A DNA stretch of 64,000 nucleotides, taken from NCBI RefSeq assembly GCF_000143415.4, contig NW_003314261.1, positions 4,814,691 through 4,878,690 of the forward strand. The letters are read 5' to 3'. This stretch comes from Selaginella moellendorffii (taxonomy: Eukaryota; Plantae; Lycopodiophyta). The translations under genes and the position numbers were made by a program. Below, in pieces: positions 14,454 to 25,819 of the stretch. The first letter of the stretch is position 1; each line of letters begins with the position of its first letter. The notes below the pieces were generated by a model that worked only from the letters and a program-made list of their open reading frames with translations, searched no databases and had not been told where the DNA came from.

Positions 14454-16039
14454 TGTGAGACATAAATCCCTAAGCCCCAAAGTGGAGCCGAAAGGGTGCC
14501 ACATGGTAGTGGCCAAAGCGAAAGCCAAACGAGCATAACATGTTTGGACTAAAAGCTCCAACTTGAAAAGTTGAGAGTGGGAGTGGAACTTCCAACAAAG
14601 TGCTCGAGGAACAAGCACAAAGCAAGCAATAAATGAGTTTCTAGAAAAGGGACACAAGAGGACCAACACATGACACATGGAAGTGTTTGAGATGGAGTCT
14701 GAGAAGGAGTCCGAGATGGAGTCCGAGATGGACTAAGATGGAGTTTGAGATGGACCCAAGATGGAGTTCAAGATGGAGTCTGAGATGGACTGAGATGGAG
14801 TCTGAGATGGACCCAAGATGGAGTCCGAGATGGAGTCTAAGATGGACCCGAGATGGAGTCCGAGATGGAACCTGAGATGGAGTCTGAGAAGGACCTGAGA
14901 TAGAGTCCGAGGTCGAGACCGAGACCAGGACTGGGACTAGGACCGGGACCGGGACCGAGACCGAGACTAGGACCGAGGCTGAGACCAGGGCCGAGGCCGA
15001 GACTAGGGCCGAGACCGAGGCCGAGTCTGGGGTCGAGCTTGAGCCCGAGTCCGAGTCCGAGTCCAAAAGCCCAAAGCGTTCATCTCCCAGACCCTGGGGG
15101 GTTTGGTGAGCTCCAAAAGTATAGTAAGGGGAAGACTTCAGTGGAGCCAATTTGGCCAGAAAAGGCCAGTTTGGCCTAGGAAGGCTGTACCCAAGCATTG
15201 GGTGAAGGGATAACCACTAAGAAGTCCAAGGCTAGAGTGAATACAGACTAATAAATGGGGTAGCTTGGTGAAGTGTTCAAGAGTCAGCTCTAGTTCCCCA
15301 GGAGATCGAATGGCTAATACTCCCAATCCAAGTGTGGGTGGCACTACTTACTTAGATACCTAGTGTGGCTCAACGGAACCTCACTCTAAGCCCATGGCTA
15401 GAGCACCCAAAGGTGGAAGATGGGGAGAGTACCCATGAGGCTCGCATAGGGCCATGGTGTTCTGAAATGTTGTCCCAAAGTTCCAAACTATGGAAAGGAA
15501 GAGGAGTGGTCCTCTGGTGTAGTGACCAATGATACGGTCATGTGGTAAGGAAGTCCCAGAGGACAATGGGACTTAGTGATTGAGCCTATGGGCTTTGTCC
15601 CAATGGCAATGTTGGCAAACACAGCCATGGATAGAAAAGGGATTTGGTGGGGACTGTAAAAGGGATATTGGGGAAGGTTGTTCCCCATGTTTGTGGGCAT
15701 TTTAAGGATACTAAGGAGTGGACCTAGGATGGTCACTCATGGACGGATGGCCCAGTCTTTGAGAAACGGGACTGCAATGCAGGTGGTGTTGGGGTGAATG
15801 GGCGTGGCCTTAGCATAACGGGTTGGTATGTCAATGGTACCTTAGGGTGTCAGTCATTAAATTAGACATGTGGAGCACTTGGATCAAGTGCAATGGTTGA
15901 GTGGCATAGATGTCATTCTTGGGGCTAATAAGTCCCTAAGTCCCAAATAGGACTTACAAAGGTTGTGAGTGAGACTCTTTCAAGTGGTCGAAGGTGTGGT
16001 TAAGTGACTAAAGTAGAATGAAAAATTTTGTCGCTTACA
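14454..16039. mobile_element. 1586-bp solo-LTR-like insertion with a 5-bp TSD
   Basis: Starts tgtgagac and ends gtcgcttaca, flanked by ttact / tcact. The uninterrupted paralogous integrase at ~18030-18060 reads gagaagac-tcacc-acaatgtacctagaat. Confidence 0.8.
14688..15065. repeat. Compound minisatellite: 10-12-bp GAGATGGA(GTCY/CCC/CT) units grading into 6-bp GAGACC/GGGACC/GAGTCC units
   Basis: Directly visible tandem array. Confidence 0.95.
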
Positions 16040-16570
16040 TCACTATAGTATACCTAGAATAGTCATCGATAAAAGATACAAAGTACCTCTTGTGGCTAAG
16101 TTTGTTCACAAGTAGATATCACACATCACTATGAACCAAATCTAGCAAGCTTATAGGTTGATCCTCAATGGTTCTTAATGTAAATAGAAGGCAAACTTGC
16201 TTGCCAAGATGGCAGTTTTCACACATGCCCAAATGACTAGTTAGGAATATAATGCCTATTTTCACCCTTTACTCAATAGTGATTTAGCATAGAATAACTA
16301 TAAAGCAGAACTTTAAACCCTTAGATATGTGGGCCAAGAGTACTATAATAAAACCTAAGTTTAGGGCTTTGGGCCACTGAATGAAGGTATAGAGCCAAAT
16401 TCCCAAATATATAACTAAAAAGTAAAGGAACTAAAACATGGAATAACTTTTGAGTATATGCCCTAAAGAGTGAAGAGACAGGAACAATAAGCAATATAAA
16501 TATAGTTCTAAAGTATCCAACATTCCATTTCCAAGACTAGCACATAAAACAGAGCCAAATAAAGCTTAAT

Positions 16571-17253
16571 TGTAGTGCTATTTCTCTCCCCTTAAGCCAA
16601 TTAGAAAAAAGGTAGTTACTTGATAAGAGAGCCCTTAGTGGCTATTTTATCTCTATTTATCCCTTAAGGTTTCTAGAATCCACAATGATAGTATATCTAA
16701 ATTTCATCCCATGATCACATGTGCTACATTCACCCCCCCCCCCCCCCCTTCCCCCTTCAGAGATGTCAATGTCCTCATTGACTATTGACTAGCAACCATT
16801 ACTGAACTAAGGGGAACCAACACTTCCATTTCCGCATTGAATTTACCAATTTCTATAGTGGAGACTAGCTATTCCATATAAAGCAACTAATTATCCACCC
16901 ATACCGCAGTCCTACAGTGGATACTTTCGTCTATGAATGCTCCACCAAGAGGAAGGATATACACATGGATGCCCAATACATATGATTTCAAATTTAAGGG
17001 TAGAAATATACCTTGTTCAAGGGTATATTATATTTTTAAGTAGCCACTAATCAATAAGAATCAAACCCGTGCCATTTGCTCTGATACCACATGTAGTGCA
17101 TCTTATCTCTCTCCCCTTAAGCTAACTAGAAAAGGGGTAATTGCTTGATGAGAGAGCCCTTAGTGGCTATTTTATCCACATTTATTCCCTAAGGTTCTAA
17201 AGATCCATGATGACAATATATCCAAATCTCATTCCATGATCACATGCACTACA
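16571..17253 (-). mobile_element. TRIM (terminal-repeat retrotransposon in miniature), 683 bp, non-coding
   Basis: Direct repeats at 16571-16728 and 17092-17253 (TG...CA). PBS TGGTATCAGAGC (tRNA-iMet) on the - strand at 17078-17089. PPT poly-C from ~16731. TSD ttaat/ctaat. Confidence 0.9.
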
Positions 17254-17468
17254 CTAATGCTATTTCAACATACCAATAGCCTAATGCAAAAATATGGGTA
17301 TTCCACCAACTAACATGGTATAGAGTTTAGGCTTAAACCTAAACCAGATGCAAAACAAGGATATGCAAGCAAGTGGGAGCTAGACTATGCCTCACGTTGG
17401 TCAGTCATACCCAACCTACCCACTATCCCTATTATATATTTGGAACCCCTACGCTAGGGATAAATCTA

Positions 17469-18150
17469 CTATATTAGGATTGGAAGAAGCAATACCTTAA
17501 ATGTGGTGATAAAGTTTTTACTTATTAAAAGAAACATTTTAGTTGACCACAAGCTTCTTGAGAGCAAGATCACAAAGGTGGTAAGCCTTAGAATAAGCGT
17601 GATAGCCCACAAAGATAGTATTTTAACTCTTGGGAATGCAAGCATATGCTGTACAACCAAAGACCACTGAGAGTGCTTCCCAATCAAAGCATGATAAGAA
17701 ACCATGCTAGTTCTCCTTGTGAGAAGACGATTGTAGATATAAAAGGCCATGTTGACCACTTCACCCCAAAAGGATTTGGGTAAACCTATGTGTTGGAAAA
17801 GGCATTAAACAGTCTCTAGTAGAGTCACTTTGCCACACCATTCTACTAGGGAGTATAAGGCATCATATACTAGTGAACAATGCCAATCTCAGCTAGGAAG
17901 TTGAGAAACTCACTACTCATGTACTCACCACCACCATCCGTGCATAGCATATGGATTTTCCTTCTAGTAAACATCTCTGCCCAGCTCTTGAAAAGTTTGA
18001 ACTGGTCAAACACTTCACTCTTTGCAAGGAGAAGACTCACCACAATGTACCTAGAATGGTCATGGATAAAAGACACAAAATACCTCTTGTGGCTAAGTGT
18101 TTCCACAAGCAGATAGCATACATCACTATGAACCAAATCCAACAAGCTAG
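17469..18150 (-). mobile_element. Second copia integrase fragment, same family as 13880-14453
   Basis: ORF MLDLVHSDVC...YFVSFIHDHSRY...KSEVFDQFKLFK...TDGGGEY; nucleotide similarity to 13880-14453. Confidence 0.85.
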
Positions 18151-20859
18151 ATTTCTCAAGGTTTTCAATATGAGTGTGACCCGATTAGCAACTAGTGTTG
18201 GGGCATCTTTCAGCCCCAACTATGGATCCATCCCTCATACACACATTCATAAAGCTGCAGCTCCAAACTCAAGTGCAAAAGAAAATGGGAAGGAACTATA
18301 CTCAAGCCTCTCTTGGGCTTATATACAAAGATGTAGGAATATTCCAAGGATATGGAATATCCCTTACTCTCTTTCAAGCCAGAATCTAAGCCGTGACACA
18401 AGGAGAAGGTGATAATGAGCTAGCACTGCAACAACAACCACTTGTGGGATATGCAAGACTCTAGCATGCAAGAACCCACAGCTGAAATGCTCCCATGTGC
18501 TAGAATGTAGTGTCCAAAAAGGGTAACTGCTAAAACAAAGAGAAATGGAAAAAAAAAACAAGAGAAAGAAAACTGAAAGTGGAAGTAAAAAAGAATGGAG
18601 ATATAGTCCAACTTCACTCACTCACTCAACTCACACACCCAAGCACCAGGTTCATCTCTTTGGAACTTTCATTGATTGAAACAAGGGTACATTTAGGCAT
18701 CAATCAGCTCAGTGACAACCGGGTTCAAGAGTTCTTCCAGGATTTCTCTCATCAGTCAATACCACACTTGACTGCAGGTGGGGCAGTGAGTCACCACAAT
18801 CTGCTCTGACTGAATGCTCAGTCTCTCTACTACCTGATGCACTCTCAAGATTGCAGGTGATATGATCTACATGTGGATCACATTGAGGGACTCCATGTTG
18901 TCACACCATTTCCACGCACTTGTTCCACTCTTGAAGAACTGCCCCCCAAGTACTCAGGAAGATTCCAGGATAACTCCTAATATGCTCAGGATATTCCTTT
19001 ATAGAATATTCTAGCTTTAAACACTTAGAGTTTTGCTGATGAAGCTTCTCCACAAGCTTCACTCTTGCAACTTCAACTCAAAATATCTTTTGCTTCACAT
19101 GTTCAATCTTCTTGATCTCAGGCTCGTTGGAAAGCCCTCACTGAGCTCTTCAACCTTCCTAAAATCTTTATTTATGAAATCCTCACTGCATGCAAGATAA
19201 TTACCAAGAACTTCTCAACTTCAAAACCTCTTAAACTTCACCGACTTCAGCTGCATCTCCCCTCTGGGGCTCTAGCATGCTACTTTACTTCCTTTTGCAC
19301 TTCCTCAACTCACAAACCACACAAATCTCTAAAAACAAGGGAAACACGCAAAGTGAATCAACTTTCTCAGATGACAAGAGATGAAAGTAGAAGATGGGAG
19401 AGGAGTTTAAAGTTCAAAGACACAAGGAAAACCTAGTGGGAAACTGTGTAGCTGAACTAAAAAACTCAAAGAAGAGGGAAAAATGAGGAGAAAAGAGTGC
19501 TCAAAACTTTGGCTGAGAATGAAGAGTGCTGGAATATGTATAAGAAAGTGAGGATGGAACTGATGTAGGGAAAGAAGCCAAAGAAATAGAGCACAAATTA
19601 ACAAGAGTTGAGGAGTCTTCATACAATCAATAATGCAATCAAAGTGTGTTCACTATAGAAAGAGACTTGCTCCACATGATTCCCTGGCCTAAAGCAAGAT
19701 GTAAGAAGAGTGAGAGCATCGAAGAAGTCCAGGGTCAAAAGTCACATTTTGAGAAGGCGTGGGCCAGTGAACTTCCAAGATTGCATGGTAAAGTATATGC
19801 ATCTTGGGGAATTCCATGTAAAGGTAGAGTTAATACACAATAAGAGACTTGAGGGTGGATATAGGCTCTAGATGTAAGCTCCACACTATAGGAACAAGTT
19901 GCAAACTCCATCGCTGCAGCAGATACCACTCCCAAGCATTCACTGGAGGCAATTGGAGATGGCTACTTATTTAGAAGAAAGTGGTCAAATACTGGCTTTT
20001 CAATCCCAGTAGCCACCAACTCATCAGCTTCATCCACTATCAATGATAAAAACATTGTCAAGGTATGGCATTTTCTTTTGTTTTTCTAATATTTAAAGAG
20101 TTGGCGAGTTGTGGAGTGAAGTGTCAAGATTCCAGAGAATATACAGAAGAAGGATATTCCAAGAGTTTGTGACAAGAAGAAAGGAAGTTAAGAGAAGTTA
20201 GGGAAGAGAGGAGAATGACAAGTGGAGCTTGGCATGAGTCAAAGAGGCAGAACGATGGAGCACAGCATATTGATATGTCATATTTGAGTGCAGCAATGTG
20301 CAGAATAAGCAAAATTATCTAGTGAGCAGCGAGTGAGTATAGTGTGCTTACATTGTGGGCAAGAGTGGATTAGGCTGTTAGTTTAAGTCTTGGCTGAATT
20401 GTTAGAGGATTAAAAGCTTTTGTTCCTACACAGCTCTTGGAGTATGAGTTTAGGGTTCTAGTTGGACTTCTAGTTGTCATATTTGGTGCATTAGTTGGGA
20501 GCTGCATTCGTGAGCATTGAAGTTGAGTGTGGAAGGCCAGAATTCAGCTGCGGAGTGGTAGCTTGTGCATGCGTGGCCAGAGATGAGGAATAAATAGAAA
20601 AAGCTGTAGAGGATGTTCTAAGGGAGAAATCAAAAAAATAGAAAAAAGACAGAGAAGCAAAACGATTTAAGAAGTGTCAGCAAAACGATCCAGTGTCTTC
20701 TTCAGAAAAAACACCACAAAAGTTGCAGCGGACTGAGGAGGAATAGTGGGAACCTTATCAAAGTTTGCCACTACACTAACAGCAGCAATCATTTATTGTG
20801 ATGGCAGCAGTACCACCACCAGCAGTTACTAGCCAGATGAAGTATCCCACGTATGTGAC

Positions 20860-22330
20860 ATTTGGTATAAGCATGTCACCATGTTCAAGAATGTGAGCAT
20901 GGCCAATAGTGAGGAAACTTTGCAGCAGAGACTTTTTCCAGTGACATTGAAGGATGTTGCCACATGCAGTAGCTTTCACTAATTGGGACCATTTGAAGAC
21001 TACATTTTTAAATGCTTTTTGCCCTACAAGATTCCATCAACGAGTGAGTGACGAGCTCAATGTGATTACCTTCCTGCCAGGAGAAACTATTCAATGGTAT
21101 GCAATAAGATTTTGGCAACTCCTCTCAAAGAAGGATCCAAAACCTGCAAAAGATGATCAGGTTTGATACTTTTGGCAAGGCTCATCACGGTTTGAGCAGG
21201 CCAAGTTGCCAAGTCGTCATGGACATATCCAAGCATCATCAGTCCTTAGAAGAATGGCTACACAATCAGTAGGCTTGTTAGATCATACAAATCTAGGAGT
21301 CTATCCAGGCGGAGTACTTGGAATTTTAAATTCAGTGAGTGTGACAGCTCCAACTTTGATCCCAACAGTGGCTCCAGTGGCTCTTATGCAATTTCAAGTT
21401 CCAGCCCTATCACTAGAGGTACAGATGAACAAGGTTAAAGAAGATTTAGTCGAGGCTCTTACAAAGAAGATGGGGGACTTACAAGTTAATTGGATTAAGG
21501 GTGTTTAGAATCCTCCCCAGCCAGTGTGTGATCGCTCAAATGTCTAGTGTGAGTGTCCAGTCCAGCAAGCGAGAGTAAATTGTCAATTCTGTGCTCCAAT
21601 ATTTGAGAATGTAGGTGTTCCTTCTCTAATGCAAGTGAGTGAGCTCTTTGATCAATTTAGAGGGAGTAAGAAGCCACTCAGAGTAGGGAAGAGACAGAGG
21701 TATAGATGAGTCTTGAATCTGGAAGTTGCTCCTTATGATATTATGAGAGACTTGGACAATCAAAAACCAATAATTACTTTTGCTCAGTTACTTCAGTTAG
21801 CTCTAAGGCTTCAAAGGGTGTTTCTGCTACAATGCAATCTCATAGAGAGGTAGTGGTGAATTCAGCATGGCCAATCATAGCAGATATATTCTCCAGTGAT
21901 TGAAATGGAGATAGCAGGTAAACAAATCAAGCATTACTTGTTGGATGGAGGGACTGGAGTAAATATTATTCCAGATGAGATGGCATTTAAGCTTGGCTTA
22001 GGAGTTCTTGTACCAGTGAATTTCCATGTTAAGATGGCAGATCAGAGTCGAGTGAAGCCGTTGGGAGTTCTTACAGGTGTGAAGATAGATGTAGCAGGGT
22101 TGAACTTTTATGTGGATTTTGTGGTTCTTAGGATGAGACTTGGCGAATTAACTTATCCATTGCTTCTAGGCTGACCTTGGTTGGTGCAAGCTGATACTGC
22201 TCAATACTATCATAAAGGCTTGATGAGGATTAGAAGTGGAAATTTCAAGCGCAAGATTCAAGTTAGTGTTCAAGTAGTGTCAAAGTTGAACCAGCCAATG
22301 GAAATTGAGAGAAGCACTCTGTTGTATCCA
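20860..22330 (+). mobile_element. Ty3/gypsy gag-protease remnant
   Basis: Retrotransposon gag-like FTNWDHLKTTFLNAFCP. Aspartic protease LLDGGTGVNII...VKMADQSRVKPLG...YPLLLG*PW. Confidence 0.8.
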
Positions 22331-22804
22331 CAACAGGAATTTGTCCCCCTCTCAAGAACTTACAACTTTACCCTTCTGGAACCCACAGCTCTCTACCTCC
22401 TGGATCGTCCCATGGCTGCCTCTCAGTAGGATGGACCAAGGAATAACTCTAATCTATCACTATCCTCGGCTGAAGCTCCCATCATCTCAGCCTCGATCAA
22501 CCCTCCTCTCAATGCCTTTGCTAGTGCCTTCAGGCCAATCTCTAACACCAGCACCTCACTCAGCGCTCCAGTACTGCTCAGTGCCTCAAGCCAGCCCTCT
22601 CTCAGCCCCTTTGCCAGCACCTCCGGGCCGGTCTCTGCTTGATCACGCCCTAGCACCTTGCTCAGCTCACTAGTGCCGTTATCTTGGTGCTCAATGCAGT
22701 GCAATACCAAATTTTGGCACCTCTCAGCCACATCTGGTGGCTCATCCTCATCCTCGCTGGCTTCCTTGGCCAACACCATCATCCCAGGCTCTGGAGCCCT
22801 CAGG

Positions 22805-22971
22805 GCTCTAATACCATGAAGAGATATGTGGAAGCTAAGATGGACAAGGATGACTCTGGAAGGATAGTCGAATATAACGTCATAACCAAATGGCCTCTAG
22901 CCTACACCTGGATCGGTGGAGTGGCATTACTTCCACCTAGGATCATGACATAGAGAGCGTATACCTCAACA
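22805..22971 (-). mobile_element. Orphan copia-type 5' LTR (~155 bp, 22817-22971) with PBS
   Basis: The - strand reads TGTTGAG...CTCTTCA immediately followed by TGGTATTAGAGC (iMet PBS with one mismatch). No partner LTR found. Confidence 0.65.
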
Positions 22972-23059
22972 GTTTCTAGCTAGGAAAGGATATTTTGGGA
23001 GGGAAGATAGATCTCAAGAATGTGATGAGCTGCCATACCTCATGAGTGCTAATCACCAT

Positions 23060-23712
23060 TTGCCTGGCACTGTAAGAAACGAGTTCTTCCCAGGCTTGAC
23101 ATATCTCTGGATCGTTCCCTTGACGTGTCCCCTGCCTGTCCTTTCCTGTTGTAGGCCCACTGCACTCGATCTCTCCATGTAAGAGTGAGCACCGTTCCAT
23201 GCGACCGAATTCCTGTTGGGCATGAGCTTGAATATGTGCTTCGCTTCAGAGGTCATTGCCTGATCGAGGTAAGCCATGAGTAGCATTGTCCACGGAGTCT
23301 CGTACAAGGTGGACGTCTTGGGCAAGCCTCGAGCGACGCCTCGAGTGCAAGAAGCCACACTCGGGTTTTTCATCCTGTGCACCATAGTCTTGCTCGTTTT
23401 AAGATCCTTGGCAAATACTGCAATCATGGCCCCCACCTCTCATGCCCAGGCGAAGATCTAAAGATCTATACCGGCCCATGCATAACCTTCGATCATCATC
23501 ACCCAGAGGTCCACAGCCGGATCCTTCACCAGCTTGAACAGCTCAGTTACCTTGTCCACCCCCCTCTGGGTATACTCCGAGTGCCTGATGTTCCAAGTCT
23601 TGACGTCCCTCTTCCCGGCACCATTAAAGAACTCCCTGGTTTCCTCGAGCTTCTCATTCACAATGCAGAGAGCCCGATCATGCTATAGCTGGTCGGCAAA
23701 GTCATACGCGCA
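23060..23712 (-). pseudogene. Degenerate copy (psi-a) of the PPR gene at 34261-35946
   Basis: EETREFFNGAGKRDVKTWNI, FKLVKDPAVDLWVMMIEGYA, HRMKNPSVASCT and FKLMPNRNSVAWN match the intact PPR, with internal deletions and frameshifts. Confidence 0.92.
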
Positions 23713-24039
23713 TAGCTCTTGAACCTGGTGCTCACAAGACCCATTTTTTTCTGCCGAGGCTCCACACGATCATGCAGAGGACTCCTCAATTCCATCTGGG
23801 TGGCCTTGGACGGCATTCTCTCGTAAGTGAGCTGAGCAGGTTAAGTTGAAAGCCAGCAGTAACCCGTTTGCAACAGAGATGTCAATCTTAAAGTGTGGTC
23901 TGATAGGCCCATACTGTTTCAAGTGCTCACACTCTCGGGGATGTTGGTGCCAAAGCGCCTTGAGAAGCTCCTGCGTCATCGGGTTATGAAATAAATAACC
24001 TTGCCCTAAATACTTAAACTGGTGTTTTGCATAAGGCGT

Positions 24040-25819
24040 ATCGGCGAGTGCTTTTGCCGCTGGAGGTGAGATCGATGTGCAGCTCCATCCCATGCTGCGC
24101 ACTCTGGCAGTGGAGGGCATGGCGGGTGGCGCCATCCGGCTCCCACTCTCACTCGAGGATCTTGACAAGCTCAAGGCGGTCTCACAGCCAGCACCATTCG
24201 GCATTGGCAAGCGTACTCTTGGCGATACAAGCGTCCGCCAGCCCTGGCAACTTGATCCCTCCAAGATCTCTTTCCCCGACAATCCAGAGTTTCTCGCCAA
24301 GACCGCCTACGACATAGCGTCCGCCGCTCTCTCGAGCATGGGAGTGCACGCGGGATCCCTAGAGCTTGGCGTGAAGCTGTACAAGATGCTACTGTATGAG
24401 CCAGGTGGGCATTTCAAGCTTCACAGCGACAAGGAGAAGGAAGCTGGCATGTTTGCGACCATGGTCATCCAGCTTCCTACCCAGACGGGCCATGGGGGTG
24501 GAGGTCTCACTGTCCGGCACTTGAGCTGCTCCAAGGCCTTCGAATTCCAATCCACTAGCGGCTACTTCTACACCACCTTTTTTTGTCATTGCGAGCGTAA
24601 GCTTGACGAGGTGACAAGGGGATCGAGGCTGTGCTTGGTCTTCAGCTTGGTAAGGAAGAACACCAGGTTCTTGGGCGTGGATGATAGTGTGTTCTTCACT
24701 TCAGCACTGCCCCGTGTCCAGGCTTTGATGCAAGCATGGGCCAGCCGCAGCAAGGGTTTTAGAGCAAAGATGGTGATCCCACTTTGCCACAAGTACTCCA
24801 CCAAATGCTTGCGCTTTGCTGGGCTCAGGGGACATGACCGCGTGGTGGCTGCTCTTTGCGGGGGATGTGATTTCCTGGAGCTTCATCTCTGCACGTTGAC
24901 CAAGCTTGTGCAGGATCCCCAACACGTTGATGATGATGATAGGAAGCATGATGATGAGCACTGGATTGAGAACTGGGTTTCAACCGAGGATCACTGCAAG
25001 GAATTTGGAAGATGGCCAATCAACATTGAACGAGACGTACTGAGATGCATTGGTGGTGACAGTCGAGAGCCATTTGACAAATTCCCTGACGAGGAAAGCT
25101 TTGACAAGGAAGGCTATGGAATTTACAAACACTTCTATCATGTTGCTGTGCTGGTGGCCTGGCCAAAGAGCAAACGCTATGACGCAATTCTCTCGAGTTG
25201 TTCGAGTGACGAGCACAGCATGGTTGTGCCCGGGCTCTTGAAAGACGCCACCACTGCTGAGGATGCAAAGCAAGAGGTGCACAAACTGGTGGTGGCGCTC
25301 GTGAAGTGGAAGCCTGAACTCCTCACAGCCAAGGTTTTGGGCTTGTGTCACAATTATGGACTCAGGGGAGCATGGAGCGATCAAGCTGGCCAGAATGCTT
25401 ATAAAAAATGTCAAGTCCCTCAAGAAACATCCTGACAAATTAGGGAAGCTATTGGAGTTCTTCCTCGACACTCCAGCATGCAAAGCAGAGGCTTTGGAGA
25501 TCGCCTCTGAGGCCCCACTGGAGTGCCTTGCACTGGCAGTGCGAGTACCGCCAGATTGTCAATGCTCAAGTGGACAAGCTTATATCAACGGATTTGCAAG
25601 CAGAGAAGCTCAAACTCCTGGTCGAACAGCGGAACGCAACCATCTTCGACGTTCATGCAAAGTTCCTGGCCAGTGTCGTGAAGCTGATCTCCAAGCTTGT
25701 GGAGTATGGCTCACTCGATACTACCAAGCAGCTTGCAAACGAGGTGGAGAATCAGCTGCCAATGGATCTGGAAGAGGAGCTCAAAGCATACGGTAGCCGC
25801 TACAATCTGGTGCTAGTAC
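24040..25819 (+). pseudogene. 2OG-Fe(II) dioxygenase-like gene, copy 2, 5' part (catalytic domain); continues at 30338-31105 after a copia insertion
   Basis: PAPFGIGKRTLGDTSVRQPWQLD...KLYKMLLYEPGGHFKLHSDKEKEAGMFATMVIQLP...HGGGGLTVRH...YTTFF...EVTRGSRLCLVFSL matches the 2OG-FeII_Oxy_3-type DSBH fold (HxD present, 2OG-binding R present). Frameshifts near 25360 and 25540. Confidence 0.88.

Larger units (their letters stand above)
11886..16150 (-). mobile_element. Degenerate Ty1/copia element (3' LTR ~11886-12036, PPT, RNase H, RT, integrase), interrupted at 14453/16040
   Basis: TG...CA ~150-bp LTR followed by ctcctcctcaa (PPT). Fragments SSCESEYIA (RNase H) and MTDLGDLHYCLGIQV (RT). Integrase resumes after 16040 (...LLDLVHSDV). 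Confidence 0.85.

Noticed and set aside
14688-15065. CRISPR-like array
   Set aside because: Head-to-tail short units with no unique spacers, eukaryotic context and no cas genes.
14641-15198. 185-aa Ser/Val/His-repeat ORF
   Set aside because: Merely the translation of the minisatellite.
16571-17253. Cassandra-type TRIM carrying 5S rRNA
   Set aside because: No 5S A/C-box similarity recognisable in the LTRs.
11886-22971. LTRs at 11886-12036 and 22817-22971 as the two ends of one element
   Set aside because: Similar length and orientation but no sequence similarity and no shared TSD.
23770-24036. Possible first exon and intron of Ox copy 2 (ATG ~23773, gtaagt ~23824, ag ~24035)
   Set aside because: The obvious splice does not give the right frame; cannot be resolved without transcripts.
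24077-25435. 452-aa ORF as a complete functional gene
   Set aside because: It starts at GTG with homology extending upstream, its end is a frameshift artefact, and the rest of the gene is split by a copia insertion.
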